A stretch of DNA of 64,000 nt. It comes from a virus. The notes below the pieces were generated by a model. It was not told the origin of the DNA. It searched no databases and was given only the letters and a program-made list of their open reading frames with translations. The stretch lies in IMG/VR virus record IMGVR_UViG_3300038416_000738. The stretch is one strand, 5' to 3'. Positions 17,639-26,943 of this stretch are shown here, piece by piece; the first letter of the stretch is position 1, and each line of letters starts with the position of its first letter. A program made the position numbers and the translations under genes.

Positions 17639-17865
17639 GCGCGGCGACCGCGTTCCCCAAGGCGACGGAGTCGTCCGCCGCGCTCGCGAGCGAGTGGAAA
17701 GAGAAGACGGGGTGGAACCCGACGCCGGAGGAATACCAGCGTTACCTCGCTCGCGAGATCGAGATGGCAAAGGAGAACATCGCGAAGGGGTGCCCCGCGG
17801 ACGTCGTGCTCCATTCGTCGCGCACCGTCACGCTCGTGCGTGAAGAGCTGCAGAAAGGGAAATGA
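17635..17865 (+). CDS. hypothetical protein
   Basis: ATGA overlap; 76 aa. Confidence 0.45.
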   Translation: MSAATAFPKATESSAALASEWKEKTGWNPTPEEYQRYLAREIEMAKENIAKGCPADVVLHSSRTVTLVREELQKGK

Positions 17866-18356
17866 CCATGGCGAGGATTCCTGGAACGACTTTCCACGAC
17901 GCAGACCCTCCCAAGGCGGATCCGAAGAGCCTCAACACCCTGCGCGATGCGGCGTACGACAACGCTAAGGCGCACGGCTTTCACGACCAACCGCGCACGA
18001 TGGGCGACGGGATCGCTTTGCTCCACACCGAGATCTCGGAAGCGTTCGAAGCGTACCGCGAAGGCGGCGGCGTGGCCGAGATCTGGTACGAGGAGAAAGT
18101 GCCCGCGTACCACGAGAGCGGTGCGCCCATCCTCTCACGCGGCAAGCACGTCTCGGTCGTGGTGGTGCACGAGCGCCAGAACGACGACCCCGAGCGCCCG
18201 TACAAGCTCTGCGGAGTCCCGTCGGAGATCGCGGACCTCTTGATCCGCGCATTCGACTTCGCGGGCGAGCACCGGATCGACATCGAGAAGTTCGTGCTCG
18301 AGAAGATGGCCTACAACAAAACGCGATCGTTCAAGCACGGCAACAAGGTCCTGTAG
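17862..18356 (+). CDS. MazG-like nucleotide pyrophosphohydrolase
   Basis: 'LLHTEISEAFEAYRE' (E-x-x-E) and 'EIADLLIRAFDFAGEHRIDIEKFVLEKMAYNKTR' typical of the all-alpha NTP-PPase fold. Confidence 0.7.
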   Translation: MTMARIPGTTFHDADPPKADPKSLNTLRDAAYDNAKAHGFHDQPRTMGDGIALLHTEISEAFEAYREGGGVAEIWYEEKVPAYHESGAPILSRGKHVSVVVVHERQNDDPERPYKLCGVPSEIADLLIRAFDFAGEHRIDIEKFVLEKMAYNKTRSFKHGNKVL

Positions 18357-20228
18357 ATGCAGGTGCAGCTTGAGAGGTACGGCGCGCCCGGCGCGGCGGG
18401 CGCAGTGAAGTTCTCGCTCAAGAAGGGCAGCGAGGGGGACTTCCGATGCCTGCTCTCACCGTACGGGTGGCAGGCGAGCGTGCCGTCTTCGAAAGCGCCG
18501 GACGTGAAGGTCCTGTCGCAGCGCGATTTCCTCGTGCCCGTGCACGCCGCGATGCTCGCATGCGCGGCGCTCTCGAAGGCGAGGGTCGAGATCTTTGCCC
18601 CGAAGGAAGTCCAAGCGGCGGTCCGCTCCGCGGCGTGGAAGTGTAACGCGCCGAAGCTTTACGCTTACCAGAAGCAGGGCGCGGAGTTCCTCCGATCGCG
18701 GCGCCGGGCCATCCTTGCCGACGACATGGGCACCGGCAAGACGGCGCAGTCGCTTTCGGCGCTCGACGCCTCGAAGGCCGCGCTCATCGTCGTGCCTCCC
18801 GTCGTGCTCGGATCTTGGTTCGAGGAGGCGAGGCGCTGGCGACCCGATCTCACGGCGCGGATCTGGCAGCCCCCCTACGGGATCTGGGCGGAGCCGGGCG
18901 AGATCTGCATCATCGCCTATTCGAAGCTCCCCTATGAGAGCATCGAGTCGAGACTCAGGTGCCCTACGTGCGGCCGCCTCTCGGCATCCTATGTGGACGA
19001 GGCGAGCGTGCTCGTCGAGGAGTTCGTCGAGGAAGACCGCCGCGGGATCGAGAAGAAGATCCAGAGGTGGTCGTACCGATGTGACAAGGATCATGGGGGA
19101 CTCTGCGGCCAAGGTTTCACGGCGCGCGACGACGAGGCCGAGGTCGAGCACATCTGGATCGGGCCGCGGCCGAAGCACGCCGTGCAGCTCATCGTCGACG
19201 AGGCCCACTGGTGCAAGAACCGAAATGCGAAGCGCACGATCGGCGTGCGGACGGTCGCGGCGCAGTGCTGGACGACCTGGATGCTCACGGGAACGCCGCT
19301 CCTCAACGAGCCGATGGAGCTTTGGACGCTCTGCCAATCCTTCCCTGGTCAAGGAAAAGGCAGCTCGGGCGCGAGCGACGCGTTCGGGTCCTTCCCGAAG
19401 TTCGTCGAGATGTTCCACGGCAAGAGGAAGTTCTGGGGCGGCTACGACTGGGCCGTGGACGACGAGGTCGAGCCCGAAGCCCGAGCACGCTTCGCGACGC
19501 TCGCGCTCCGGCGCACGAGGCAGGAGGTGCTCCCAGAGCTGCCAGAGAAGACGCGACGTTTCCTCGAGATCGCGGTCGACGTGCGCGGCATGCCGCACTG
19601 GGGCGAGCCGGAGAACTCCGCGCTCGGCAGACTGAGCGACGATGAGGTGCTCGGGGCCTGCGCACCCGAGGGATCCCTGTCCACGGTGCGCCGCGAGCTT
19701 GCCTCGCGGAAGCTCGACTCGCTCGAGCAGCTCGTCGAGGAGTACGAGGCGACGGGCGAGCCCGTCGTGGTGTTTAGTTACCACAAGGATCCGATCAAGC
19801 AGCTCGGCGCGCGCAAGGGTTGGGCGTGGATCACGGGCGAGACGAACGATCGCGACCGGACGGCGCACGTCGCGGCTTTTCAGGCGGGAAAACTCAAGGG
19901 CCTCGCCGGGACCATCGGCGCGATGGGTGTCGGGGTCACGCTCACGCGGTCCTCGAACATGCTATTCCTCGACCGCGACTTCGTCCCGGCGAACAACCTC
20001 CAGGCGGAGGACCGCGAGATGCGGATCGGACAGAAGCGCGCCGTGCTCATCACGATCCTCGTGACGGATCACCCCGTCGACAGGCGGGTGCGCGCCGTGC
20101 TCGAGAAGAAGGAGAGGTTGCTCGAGGCGCTCGATCTCTCCGAGGGATCGAATGTGCGCGCGGAGGTTGCGTCCCACAAGGGCAGAATAAAGATGGCTGG
20201 CAAGGTCCCTGATTCGGAGGTCTCATGA
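18357..20228 (+). CDS. SNF2-family helicase with Cys-cluster insertion
   Basis: 'LADDMGTGKT' motif I, 'LIVDEAHWCKN' motif II, helicase C-terminal motifs; CPTCG...RCDKDHGGLCGQ insertion between. Confidence 0.85.
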   Translation: MQVQLERYGAPGAAGAVKFSLKKGSEGDFRCLLSPYGWQASVPSSKAPDVKVLSQRDFLVPVHAAMLACAALSKARVEIFAPKEVQAAVRSAAWKCNAPKLYAYQKQGAEFLRSRRRAILADDMGTGKTAQSLSALDASKAALIVVPPVVLGSWFEEARRWRPDLTARIWQPPYGIWAEPGEICIIAYSKLPYESIESRLRCPTCGRLSASYVDEASVLVEEFVEEDRRGIEKKIQRWSYRCDKDHGGLCGQGFTARDDEAEVEHIWIGPRPKHAVQLIVDEAHWCKNRNAKRTIGVRTVAAQCWTTWMLTGTPLLNEPMELWTLCQSFPGQGKGSSGASDAFGSFPKFVEMFHGKRKFWGGYDWAVDDEVEPEARARFATLALRRTRQEVLPELPEKTRRFLEIAVDVRGMPHWGEPENSALGRLSDDEVLGACAPEGSLSTVRRELASRKLDSLEQLVEEYEATGEPVVVFSYHKDPIKQLGARKGWAWITGETNDRDRTAHVAAFQAGKLKGLAGTIGAMGVGVTLTRSSNMLFLDRDFVPANNLQAEDREMRIGQKRAVLITILVTDHPVDRRVRAVLEKKERLLEALDLSEGSNVRAEVASHKGRIKMAGKVPDSEVS

Positions 20229-20512
20229 CGACGGACAACGTGGTGGAGATGAAGAAAAGCGAAACGAAGGACGAGGGGCCGCTCTCGCCCGAGGAGATCG
20301 TGCCGCCGTTCACGCAGATCGTGACGGCGATGACGATGGGCGACGAGGGGTTCCCTTCCGAGGCGCTCTACGGTCTCGACGGCGTGGGCCGCGTCTGGGA
20401 GTGGATTCCCGGTAACCCCGAGTTCGAGGGTTCACGCGATGGATGGGAGCTTCTCCCGAACGTGACCTTCAAGGAGGGCGTCGAGCCGCCCGCGAAACGC
20501 AAACCGAGGTGA
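20225..20512 (+). CDS. hypothetical protein
   Basis: ATGA overlap; 95 aa. Confidence 0.45.
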   Translation: MTTDNVVEMKKSETKDEGPLSPEEIVPPFTQIVTAMTMGDEGFPSEALYGLDGVGRVWEWIPGNPEFEGSRDGWELLPNVTFKEGVEPPAKRKPR

Positions 20513-20520
20513 GGTGAGTC

Positions 20521-20808
20521 ATGACGAAGGCAAAGAAGAAGGCTGCGAAGAAGGCTCAGAAAGTCAAGTCGAAGGCTGCACCGAAGAAGGCGTTGAAGAA
20601 GTCGGTGAAGAAGTCGGCGAAGAAGATGACAAAGAAATCGTCGAAATCGTCGAAAACGTCGGCGGTGAAACAAACGACCGAGAAGGTGCTCGTTTCATCG
20701 GACGGCATGGGTGGTGAGGGGTATCCCGAGAGCGATTCTCATGAGGATGCCAATGACGTCGGAGGCTTGGCCTCGTATGACGAGATCGACCCAGGGTTTG
20801 GCGGATGA
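20521..20808 (+). CDS. lysine-rich histone H1-like protein
   Basis: N-terminal KAKKKAAKKAQKVKSKAAPKKALKKSVKKSAKK...; acidic C-terminus. Confidence 0.55.
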   Translation: MTKAKKKAAKKAQKVKSKAAPKKALKKSVKKSAKKMTKKSSKSSKTSAVKQTTEKVLVSSDGMGGEGYPESDSHEDANDVGGLASYDEIDPGFGG

Positions 20809-21077
20809 CTCGTTCGCGGAAGATGTCTTTCAAGATGGTGACGAACGAGGTCAAGACGGTGGCGGACGAGGTGCTCTGGCTCGCGCGCCACCGCAAAGAG
20901 GACGCGTGGTCCTTGGTGCGTGACTTCAAACGACTCACGCGCGGCCGTCGCGGCGAGCTTGGGCCGCTCGCTGCGACGTTGATCTCGAATCTCGAGTTCG
21001 CCTTGAAGGATGAGCAGAAAAGACTCAGGGCCGAGGCTAGAAAGAAGAAAGCGAAGAACGGAAGGGCGGTCCGATGA
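20805..21077 (+). CDS. hypothetical protein
   Basis: ATGA overlap; 90 aa. Confidence 0.45.
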   Translation: MTRSRKMSFKMVTNEVKTVADEVLWLARHRKEDAWSLVRDFKRLTRGRRGELGPLAATLISNLEFALKDEQKRLRAEARKKKAKNGRAVR

Positions 21078-21691
21078 AGAGCCTTACGCTCATCGCCGCG
21101 ATGACTCCGGACGGCGTCATCGCCGAGGACGGCAAGATCCCGTGGCACGTCCGCTCGGACATGCTTCGGTTCAAGCGCCTCACGACGGGCCACGCGATCA
21201 TCATGGGACGAAAGACGTACGAGTCGATCGGCAAGGTTTTGCCGAATCGCCACAGCCTCGTCGTGTCGCGATCCCCGCACGTGGCGTCGCTCGCGGGTCT
21301 CATCGAGCCGAAGGCGGTCGATGCCTCGGCCGCCTCGTCGCTGTCGTGGTGGACGACGTTCGATCGCGCCCTCGAGCGCGCGTACGCGCATGACCCGTCA
21401 CCGTTCGTCATTGGCGGCGGCGAGATCTACAAGCTCGCGCTGCCGCTCGCGACCACGCTGGAGATCACGTACATCGCGCGGGCCGAGGAGCGCGGCAAGC
21501 GCGACCGACGGATTGGGATGGAGAAGGTGACGCGCTTCCCGATCATTCGCCCGGATCCGTGGGACTGGCGATGCGTCCGTGCGGAGCCCGCGGCGGAGTC
21601 CGTGAGGGGCGAGGACGGGAGCGAGACGCTTTCGGAAGTAGAGGGCGTCGAGTTCCTCACCTTCGAGAGGAGGACGCGTCATGGAGACTGA
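21074..21691 (+). CDS. folA: dihydrofolate reductase
   Basis: 'LIAAMTPDGVIAEDGKIPWHVRSDMLRFKRLTTGHAIIMGRKTYESIG' canonical DHFR N-terminus; '...FVIGGGEIY'. Confidence 0.9.
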   Translation: MKSLTLIAAMTPDGVIAEDGKIPWHVRSDMLRFKRLTTGHAIIMGRKTYESIGKVLPNRHSLVVSRSPHVASLAGLIEPKAVDASAASSLSWWTTFDRALERAYAHDPSPFVIGGGEIYKLALPLATTLEITYIARAEERGKRDRRIGMEKVTRFPIIRPDPWDWRCVRAEPAAESVRGEDGSETLSEVEGVEFLTFERRTRHGD

Positions 21692-21908
21692 GGAATGGGA
21701 ACGCGGCGAGGAGCCGTTCAACGTCGGCAAGTGCAAGTGCGTCGGCGAGACGAAGATGGCGATCCGGGTCGAGGGGAAATTCCGCGACGGCGCGCAGGGT
21801 TCGATGTGGTGCCCGAAGAGCGTGCTTCACAAGAAGAGCAAGGTCCGCAAGAAGGGCGACGAGGGCGCCTGGATCGTGAAGACGTGGTGGGGAGAGAAGA
21901 ACCTGTGA
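21681..21908 (+). CDS. hypothetical Cys-containing small protein
   Basis: ORF track; overlaps DHFR end. Confidence 0.4.
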   Translation: METEEWERGEEPFNVGKCKCVGETKMAIRVEGKFRDGAQGSMWCPKSVLHKKSKVRKKGDEGAWIVKTWWGEKNL

Positions 21909-22156
21909 CGCCCGCGGTCTGTTGTCATGGGACCCGAGAATGCGACGGCCAGGGCGACAAGCACTGGTGTCGCGTCTCGGGACAACCGAGTCGCGAGGGT
22001 CTGACGGTGCAGCTCGAGATCTTGACGAAGGAGAACGAGGCGCTCCGAAGCGCACTCGCGCGGAGCGAGCGCGAGCGGGCCGCGTACCTCGAAGCCCTGA
22101 CCGAGACACAAGCGCGGTGCACGGAGCTTCGCGAAGAGCTGAGGAAGCGCACGTGA
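21905..22156 (+). CDS. hypothetical coiled-coil protein
   Basis: GTG overlap start; leucine-zipper-like C-terminus. Confidence 0.35.
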   Translation: MTPAVCCHGTRECDGQGDKHWCRVSGQPSREGLTVQLEILTKENEALRSALARSERERAAYLEALTETQARCTELREELRKRT

Positions 22157-22332
22157 CGCCGAAGAGCGTGAGCCCTTCGATTCGTCGTGGTCACTGCGAG
22201 CGGCGCGATGCGGAGCTGGCGTGGGGGAGGCTTCGCACGGAGGGAGTACCGATCGTCTTGGCCGTTTTCTTGGCCGTCTTGATCGTCTGGCTTATCGTTC
22301 ATGCACCAACAACCATGGCGGTGAGGCGGTGA
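22153..22332 (+). CDS. hypothetical small membrane protein
   Basis: GTG overlap; one TM helix; stop lies within the 8-bp repeat. Confidence 0.3.
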   Translation: MTPKSVSPSIRRGHCERRDAELAWGRLRTEGVPIVLAVFLAVLIVWLIVHAPTTMAVRR

Positions 22333-22344
22333 GGCGGTGAGGCG
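22317..22344 (+). repeat. (GTGAGGCG)x3 tandem octamer repeat at gene junction
   Basis: counted directly; contains the stop of the upstream ORF and abuts ATG 22345. Confidence 0.8.
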
Positions 22345-22545
22345 ATGATGAAATTCCGGGTGACGTTCGATGATGGGAAAGAGGTCGTGGACGAGGAAGC
22401 CTCGTTCCCGAGCGGCGCGGCGATCCTGGCCGCTGCGCGCTTGAAGCTCACGGGCGCCCGCGGTTGCGTGGTCGTGGATGCAGATGGTTCGCGCACGCGT
22501 TGGCGCGTGCAGCAGACCTGGTACGCGCGGCCGGAGGAATCGTGA
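22345..22545 (+). CDS. hypothetical protein
   Basis: ORF track. Confidence 0.4.
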   Translation: MMKFRVTFDDGKEVVDEEASFPSGAAILAAARLKLTGARGCVVVDADGSRTRWRVQQTWYARPEES

Positions 22546-22739
22546 TCGAGATTACGTCGAGGTGCCCGCACTGCAAGGACGCTTTCAAGGGGATCGTGAT
22601 GCGCGTGATCTTGGGCGAGCTTCGACCGAACATGGCGATTGTGTGCCCATGCAACCGCATCGCTTTTTTCATCCACGAATTTTCTGAAGAGCAAGAGGAG
22701 CCCTACATGATGACGAACAAAATCCGGAGCGTCCGATGA
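22542..22739 (+). CDS. hypothetical Zn-ribbon protein
   Basis: CPHC...CPC; GTG overlap start. Confidence 0.35.
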   Translation: MIEITSRCPHCKDAFKGIVMRVILGELRPNMAIVCPCNRIAFFIHEFSEEQEEPYMMTNKIRSVR

Positions 22740-23329
22740 GGGCGGTCCTCGCCGCCGCGTCCGCGGTCACCCTGACCTTCGGCTGCGACACGCTCGCGAC
22801 GCTCGCCGCGCCGGACTTTGCCAAGCTCGCGGCGCGCGGCATCTCGTGGCGCGCGGGATACATTGACCACGTCACGCCGGACGAACTTGCGGCGCAGCTC
22901 GCTGCTGGGATCGCGTTCGCGCCGGTCACGTACGCGCTCGAAGTGGATCCGTCGCACACGCTCTCGAGGCTCGCTGCGCTCGGCATCCCGAAGGGCGTGA
23001 CGGTGTGGCTCGATATCGAGGGATCGAATCTCGATGCTGCGAGCATTACGACGCAGATTAATGCTTGGTCGAAGGCCGTCGTCGGCGCGGGCTACCAAGC
23101 TGGGCTTTACGTCGGCGCGGGATGCCCGCTCAGCGACGCGCAGCTCTTCGCGCTTCCGTACATCTCGCGGTACTGGCATTCATGTTCGGATGTCTCGAAC
23201 GTCCGCGCCCGAGGCTATTGTCTCATCCAGCTCACTCCGAATGACGTTACGGTCGAGGGCGAGGACGTCGATATTGACGTCGTCCAGCGCGACTACAAGG
23301 GTGGCTACCCGACGTTCGCGGCGGCATAG
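22736..23329 (+). CDS. putative glycoside-hydrolase-like (DUF1906/GH25-like) protein
   Basis: 'VWLDIEG', 'GLYVGAG', 'ISRYWH' reminiscent of the Rv2525c/GH25-like TIM-barrel family; weak. Confidence 0.45.
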   Translation: MRAVLAAASAVTLTFGCDTLATLAAPDFAKLAARGISWRAGYIDHVTPDELAAQLAAGIAFAPVTYALEVDPSHTLSRLAALGIPKGVTVWLDIEGSNLDAASITTQINAWSKAVVGAGYQAGLYVGAGCPLSDAQLFALPYISRYWHSCSDVSNVRARGYCLIQLTPNDVTVEGEDVDIDVVQRDYKGGYPTFAAA

Positions 23330-23338
23330 GAGGCGGGT

Positions 23339-23653
23339 ATGTCCAAGAGCGATGGAACAAAAAATCCTGCAGCAGCAGCGCCCGCGGCGACTCCCAAACC
23401 GGTCATCGTTTTGCCGGTGGAGGGGCGTCCGGATGGCAAGCTCGCTTACGAGACGTGGGTAAGGAAGGTCGGTCACGCCGACGTGGCGGTGGCGTGGGAG
23501 AAGCTCGGGGCGGGCGTCCAAGCGATCTGGACGGCTGTTGCGGAGGCATGCGATCGCCAGACGATGGCCTTCCTGGCCTCGGAGAAGAGACGTCTCGAAG
23601 CTTTCCGGGCGAGGACGGCGCCGGCTCCGGTGGTGACGAGACAAAAGCCATAG
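23339..23653 (+). CDS. hypothetical protein
   Basis: ORF track. Confidence 0.45.
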   Translation: MSKSDGTKNPAAAAPAATPKPVIVLPVEGRPDGKLAYETWVRKVGHADVAVAWEKLGAGVQAIWTAVAEACDRQTMAFLASEKRRLEAFRARTAPAPVVTRQKP

Positions 23654-23755
23654 GTGATCGCCATTTGCAGCATCGCTGCGTAGCGTGGTAGAAGAGCGGG
23701 AGAGCGAGAACGTGTCGCAGGGTGTGACGCGCCATCGCCTACGAGGCTCGGAACG

Positions 23756-24124
23756 ATGGCGAAGGCGAAGAAGCGCAAGAGCGTGAGATCGAGGTCGAAG
23801 ATCCGATCGAGGGCCAGCGGTGCCCGCGCGAGCAAAGTCAACGGAAACGGAAGTGGAAACGGAAACGGAAACGGAAACGGATTGGGCGTCGATGCGTCTC
23901 ATGAGAAGAGGACGAGGGCGCGCCACGGCAACGTGATGACCGTGACGTTCCGCATCCCGGTGAACCTGAAGAAGGGCATCGAGGAGGACGCCAAGCACCT
24001 CGGGATGACGACGACGCGGTGGATGGTCGAGGCGGCGGAGGACAAGCTCGAGGGCAAGCCGCCGCGATGGTGGAAGGGTGCGCCGCCGCCCGAGTGGATC
24101 GAAGCGCGCGATCGCTCTTCGTAG
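23756..24124 (+). CDS. ribbon-helix-helix (CopG/Arc-like) protein with (GN)n repeat
   Basis: 'MTVTFRIPVNLKKGIEEDAKHLGMTTTRWMVEAAEDKL' classic RHH; basic N-terminus; own upstream 100-bp gap. Confidence 0.6.
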   Translation: MAKAKKRKSVRSRSKIRSRASGARASKVNGNGSGNGNGNGNGLGVDASHEKRTRARHGNVMTVTFRIPVNLKKGIEEDAKHLGMTTTRWMVEAAEDKLEGKPPRWWKGAPPPEWIEARDRSS

Positions 24125-24136
24125 CTCGCGAGGGAC

Positions 24137-24397
24137 ATGAGCGTTTACAGGACGTCGTCCAGGTGTGTGAACGACGACTTCAAGGAGGCGTTCGCTTTCT
24201 GGTGTGACGTGCGCGGTAAGAGCGGCGACTTCGGGGATTTGGTGACGTTCGTCGAGGCATGGCCTGCGATCCAGCGCGAACAGTCTCGCGCGATCGTTGT
24301 CGTGATGTCGTTCGCGTGTTCGCGTGTCGCGCGTACTGCATTTATACTTGCACCTCGCGCGAGCGTCTGCGAACGTGATTGCGGCGTCGCCGATTAG
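24137..24397 (+). CDS. hypothetical protein
   Basis: ORF track; weak. Confidence 0.3.
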   Translation: MSVYRTSSRCVNDDFKEAFAFWCDVRGKSGDFGDLVTFVEAWPAIQREQSRAIVVVMSFACSRVARTAFILAPRASVCERDCGVAD

Positions 24398-24413
24398 GTG
24401 AAGCGGCGCGGAG

Positions 24414-25124
24414 GTGAGGACGATGACGGCTGTTGTCAGTGGCGTGCCGCTCGCGACGCAGATCGCGCAGATCGCGGCTTTGGATCAGGACAGAGCGAGA
24501 GCATCGGCAGAGGCGAGCGCGCTTGGTCCACGCGAGGTCCCGAAGGCGCTCATCCGCGCGGTGCGCGCGGAGCTTCGCGCGCTCCTCGACGGCGACCTCG
24601 AAGACAACCTCGAGCAGATCGGCGCCGTGACGATGCGCGCCCGCGAACTCTTCATGACGATCCGCGGGCCGGGGGCGAAGTACACGCGCGGGCTCGGTGC
24701 TTCGGGTCCGCAACCGCTTGCCACGATGGCGAGCAGCACGGGCGTGTACATGGGCTCCAGCCTGCAGCAGGTTGGGGGATATGCCAATCCGGAGCAGTTC
24801 GGCGCGCAGGCGATCCGCCAGCTCGTGAGCCTCGTGCCCGAGATCCTCGCAGCGAAATCGAACTCGCCCGACAAGCTCATGAAAGCGATCGCCATCGCGA
24901 AGAAGGAAGGGCAGGAAGACATCGTTCGCGCGCTTCGCAAGAAGCTTCTCGGGGACGATGGTGAGGAGAACGGAGCGGCGCCGCAGCTCGAAGCACACGA
25001 GCATCACGAGCACGGCGCGAACGGCGTGAACGGTGTGAACGGCGCCGCGAACGGCGTCGTCTTGGACGCGAGTAACCTCTCGCCCGATGTGGCCGAGGAG
25101 CTGGGACTCGCGGTGCCGTCGTGA
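24414..25124 (+). CDS. hypothetical protein with (NGV)n tail
   Basis: ORF track; 9-bp GTGAACGGY repeats at 25018-25060. Confidence 0.5.
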   Translation: MRTMTAVVSGVPLATQIAQIAALDQDRARASAEASALGPREVPKALIRAVRAELRALLDGDLEDNLEQIGAVTMRARELFMTIRGPGAKYTRGLGASGPQPLATMASSTGVYMGSSLQQVGGYANPEQFGAQAIRQLVSLVPEILAAKSNSPDKLMKAIAIAKKEGQEDIVRALRKKLLGDDGEENGAAPQLEAHEHHEHGANGVNGVNGAANGVVLDASNLSPDVAEELGLAVPS

Positions 25125-26221
25125 TGGATGCTTGGTACATCCCGGCGTGGAACGGCGACTGGCGTCTCGAGCCGCACCCGAAGTCGCCCGAGAAGCTCAC
25201 GAGACTCGTGATTAAGCGACCGACTTCCGATGAGAAGCGCGTGCTGAAGAAGCTTCGCGCGGCGTTCATCGAGAAAGGTTGGGTCTCGACCGAGGGTGCG
25301 GGCGGCATGCAGAACCCGTCGCGTTTTCTCGAGCGGCGCGTCCTCGTCTCTGCGCCGCTCGCGGAGGTCGGACCGATCGTCGCGTCGATCGTGAAGCCCG
25401 GCCCGAACGTGCTAACCGCGGTGCGCTCGAAGGACGGCCGTATCGAGGTTTGCGAGACGTCGGCGCCCTCGCGTGCGAAGCTCGACGAGGACGCGCCCGC
25501 ATCGAAAGATCCTTACCGCACGTCCGCGAGCGGCGACGCACCGAAGAAAGAGAAGAAAGAAGAAAAGGAAGAGCCCTTCTCGACGCCGAGTGAAGCGAGC
25601 AAGGCGCTCGCGAAGAAAGAAGACGCGGCAGCGGCGGCGACCGTGAAGCGCCCGACCCCGTGCTGTCCCGATTGCTTCGTCGACAAGAGCGAGCTGAACA
25701 AACCGGCGACGGAGGTCCTCCTCGCGTTCATGAACGAGCAAGAGCATGCGTCCTGGGCGAAGAACAGGTTCGTTGTCGTGCGCGGCGGAATCACGGGACA
25801 CCGCTACTTGATCGCTCATAGGAATTCCCTCATCGCGCAGCAGAATCGCCGGATGGCGTTTGACCTCGATGACGATCAAGTGATGCACTTTCACGATTGG
25901 GTCGTACCTCCCGAAGAAGAAGTGCTCGCCGCGATGCTCATCCTCAAGTTCCGCGAGCCATGGCTCAGGAATGAGGCGACCGCGCTCGGTCGTCACAGGT
26001 ACGTGTTCAAGAATCCGTTCGGCGACGGCGGCGATGGCGTGCGCGATTCGATGTGGACGTATGGGATCGGCGCCACGCTTCTCGATTGGATTGGGACGTC
26101 GAAGCGTTCGAGGCCGCCGCTGGCGGTCTTGACGGATGGGTCCGGCAACCCGACGTTGGTGGACCAGAATCCCGAGGTTTGGACGTTGCCCGCGTTGCCG
26201 GGCGTGCCTCCCGAAATGTGA
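25121..26221 (+). CDS. hypothetical protein
   Basis: ORF track; 366 aa; W-rich N-terminus, K/E linker, CCPDC motif. Confidence 0.55.
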   Translation: MMDAWYIPAWNGDWRLEPHPKSPEKLTRLVIKRPTSDEKRVLKKLRAAFIEKGWVSTEGAGGMQNPSRFLERRVLVSAPLAEVGPIVASIVKPGPNVLTAVRSKDGRIEVCETSAPSRAKLDEDAPASKDPYRTSASGDAPKKEKKEEKEEPFSTPSEASKALAKKEDAAAAATVKRPTPCCPDCFVDKSELNKPATEVLLAFMNEQEHASWAKNRFVVVRGGITGHRYLIAHRNSLIAQQNRRMAFDLDDDQVMHFHDWVVPPEEEVLAAMLILKFREPWLRNEATALGRHRYVFKNPFGDGGDGVRDSMWTYGIGATLLDWIGTSKRSRPPLAVLTDGSGNPTLVDQNPEVWTLPALPGVPPEM

Positions 26222-26248
26222 CGACGACGACAAGAAAGAAAAAGGACC

Positions 26249-26911
26249 ATGAGCGAGACGATGATCTTCCAATGTGATTTCTGCGGAGCGAAGTCCGAAG
26301 AGGAGTCAGCCGCGTGGCCGAGACGCGAGCGGTGTCGCGTGGAACTCGTGCTTCGCGGGCACCGCTTTGCGGTGGCTCCGCCGCCGCCCTCCGCTTTCTA
26401 CCCGCCCTTTCCGATGCAGGCGGGTCCTCCGATGCCGCCTCCGATGGATCCGTGGCAAGCGGCCGTAGCGGCAATGGGGCTCCCCATGCCGCCGCCGCCG
26501 GCGGCCTTCGCGCCGGGGGCGACGTTTGCGGCCTCTCCTCCGGAGGACGAAGACGCCCGCATGGGCCTCGTGCTCTGCGACGATTGCACGTCGCGCATCG
26601 CGGCCCTCCTCGGCTTCAAGATCGAGACGCACGAAGAGATCTCGCTTCGCCAAGAGATGATCGCGCGCGAGATCGCTTCGGCGGTGAACTCGATGCCCCG
26701 CGGCTCGGGCTTCGGTGGTTCGTGGAAGGCGGAGATGGTCGACCAGTTCCCGACGGGCGAACGCGGCTCGCACGTGACGACGGGTTTCGTCAAGCAGTGG
26801 CCGAACCCGAACCCGCCAGTCTCTGGGGTCGAGAAGGCGGAGAAGTCTTCGGAGTCGAAGGACGATAAGGACAAGGGCGAGTTCAAGCCCATGGTGCCGG
26901 ACGCTTCGTAG
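26249..26911 (+). CDS. hypothetical proline-rich protein with N-terminal CxxC
   Basis: ORF track. Confidence 0.5.
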   Translation: MSETMIFQCDFCGAKSEEESAAWPRRERCRVELVLRGHRFAVAPPPPSAFYPPFPMQAGPPMPPPMDPWQAAVAAMGLPMPPPPAAFAPGATFAASPPEDEDARMGLVLCDDCTSRIAALLGFKIETHEEISLRQEMIAREIASAVNSMPRGSGFGGSWKAEMVDQFPTGERGSHVTTGFVKQWPNPNPPVSGVEKAEKSSESKDDKDKGEFKPMVPDAS

Positions 26912-26943
26912 ATCTCATCCTCGCGCGAGCGACAACGACACGG

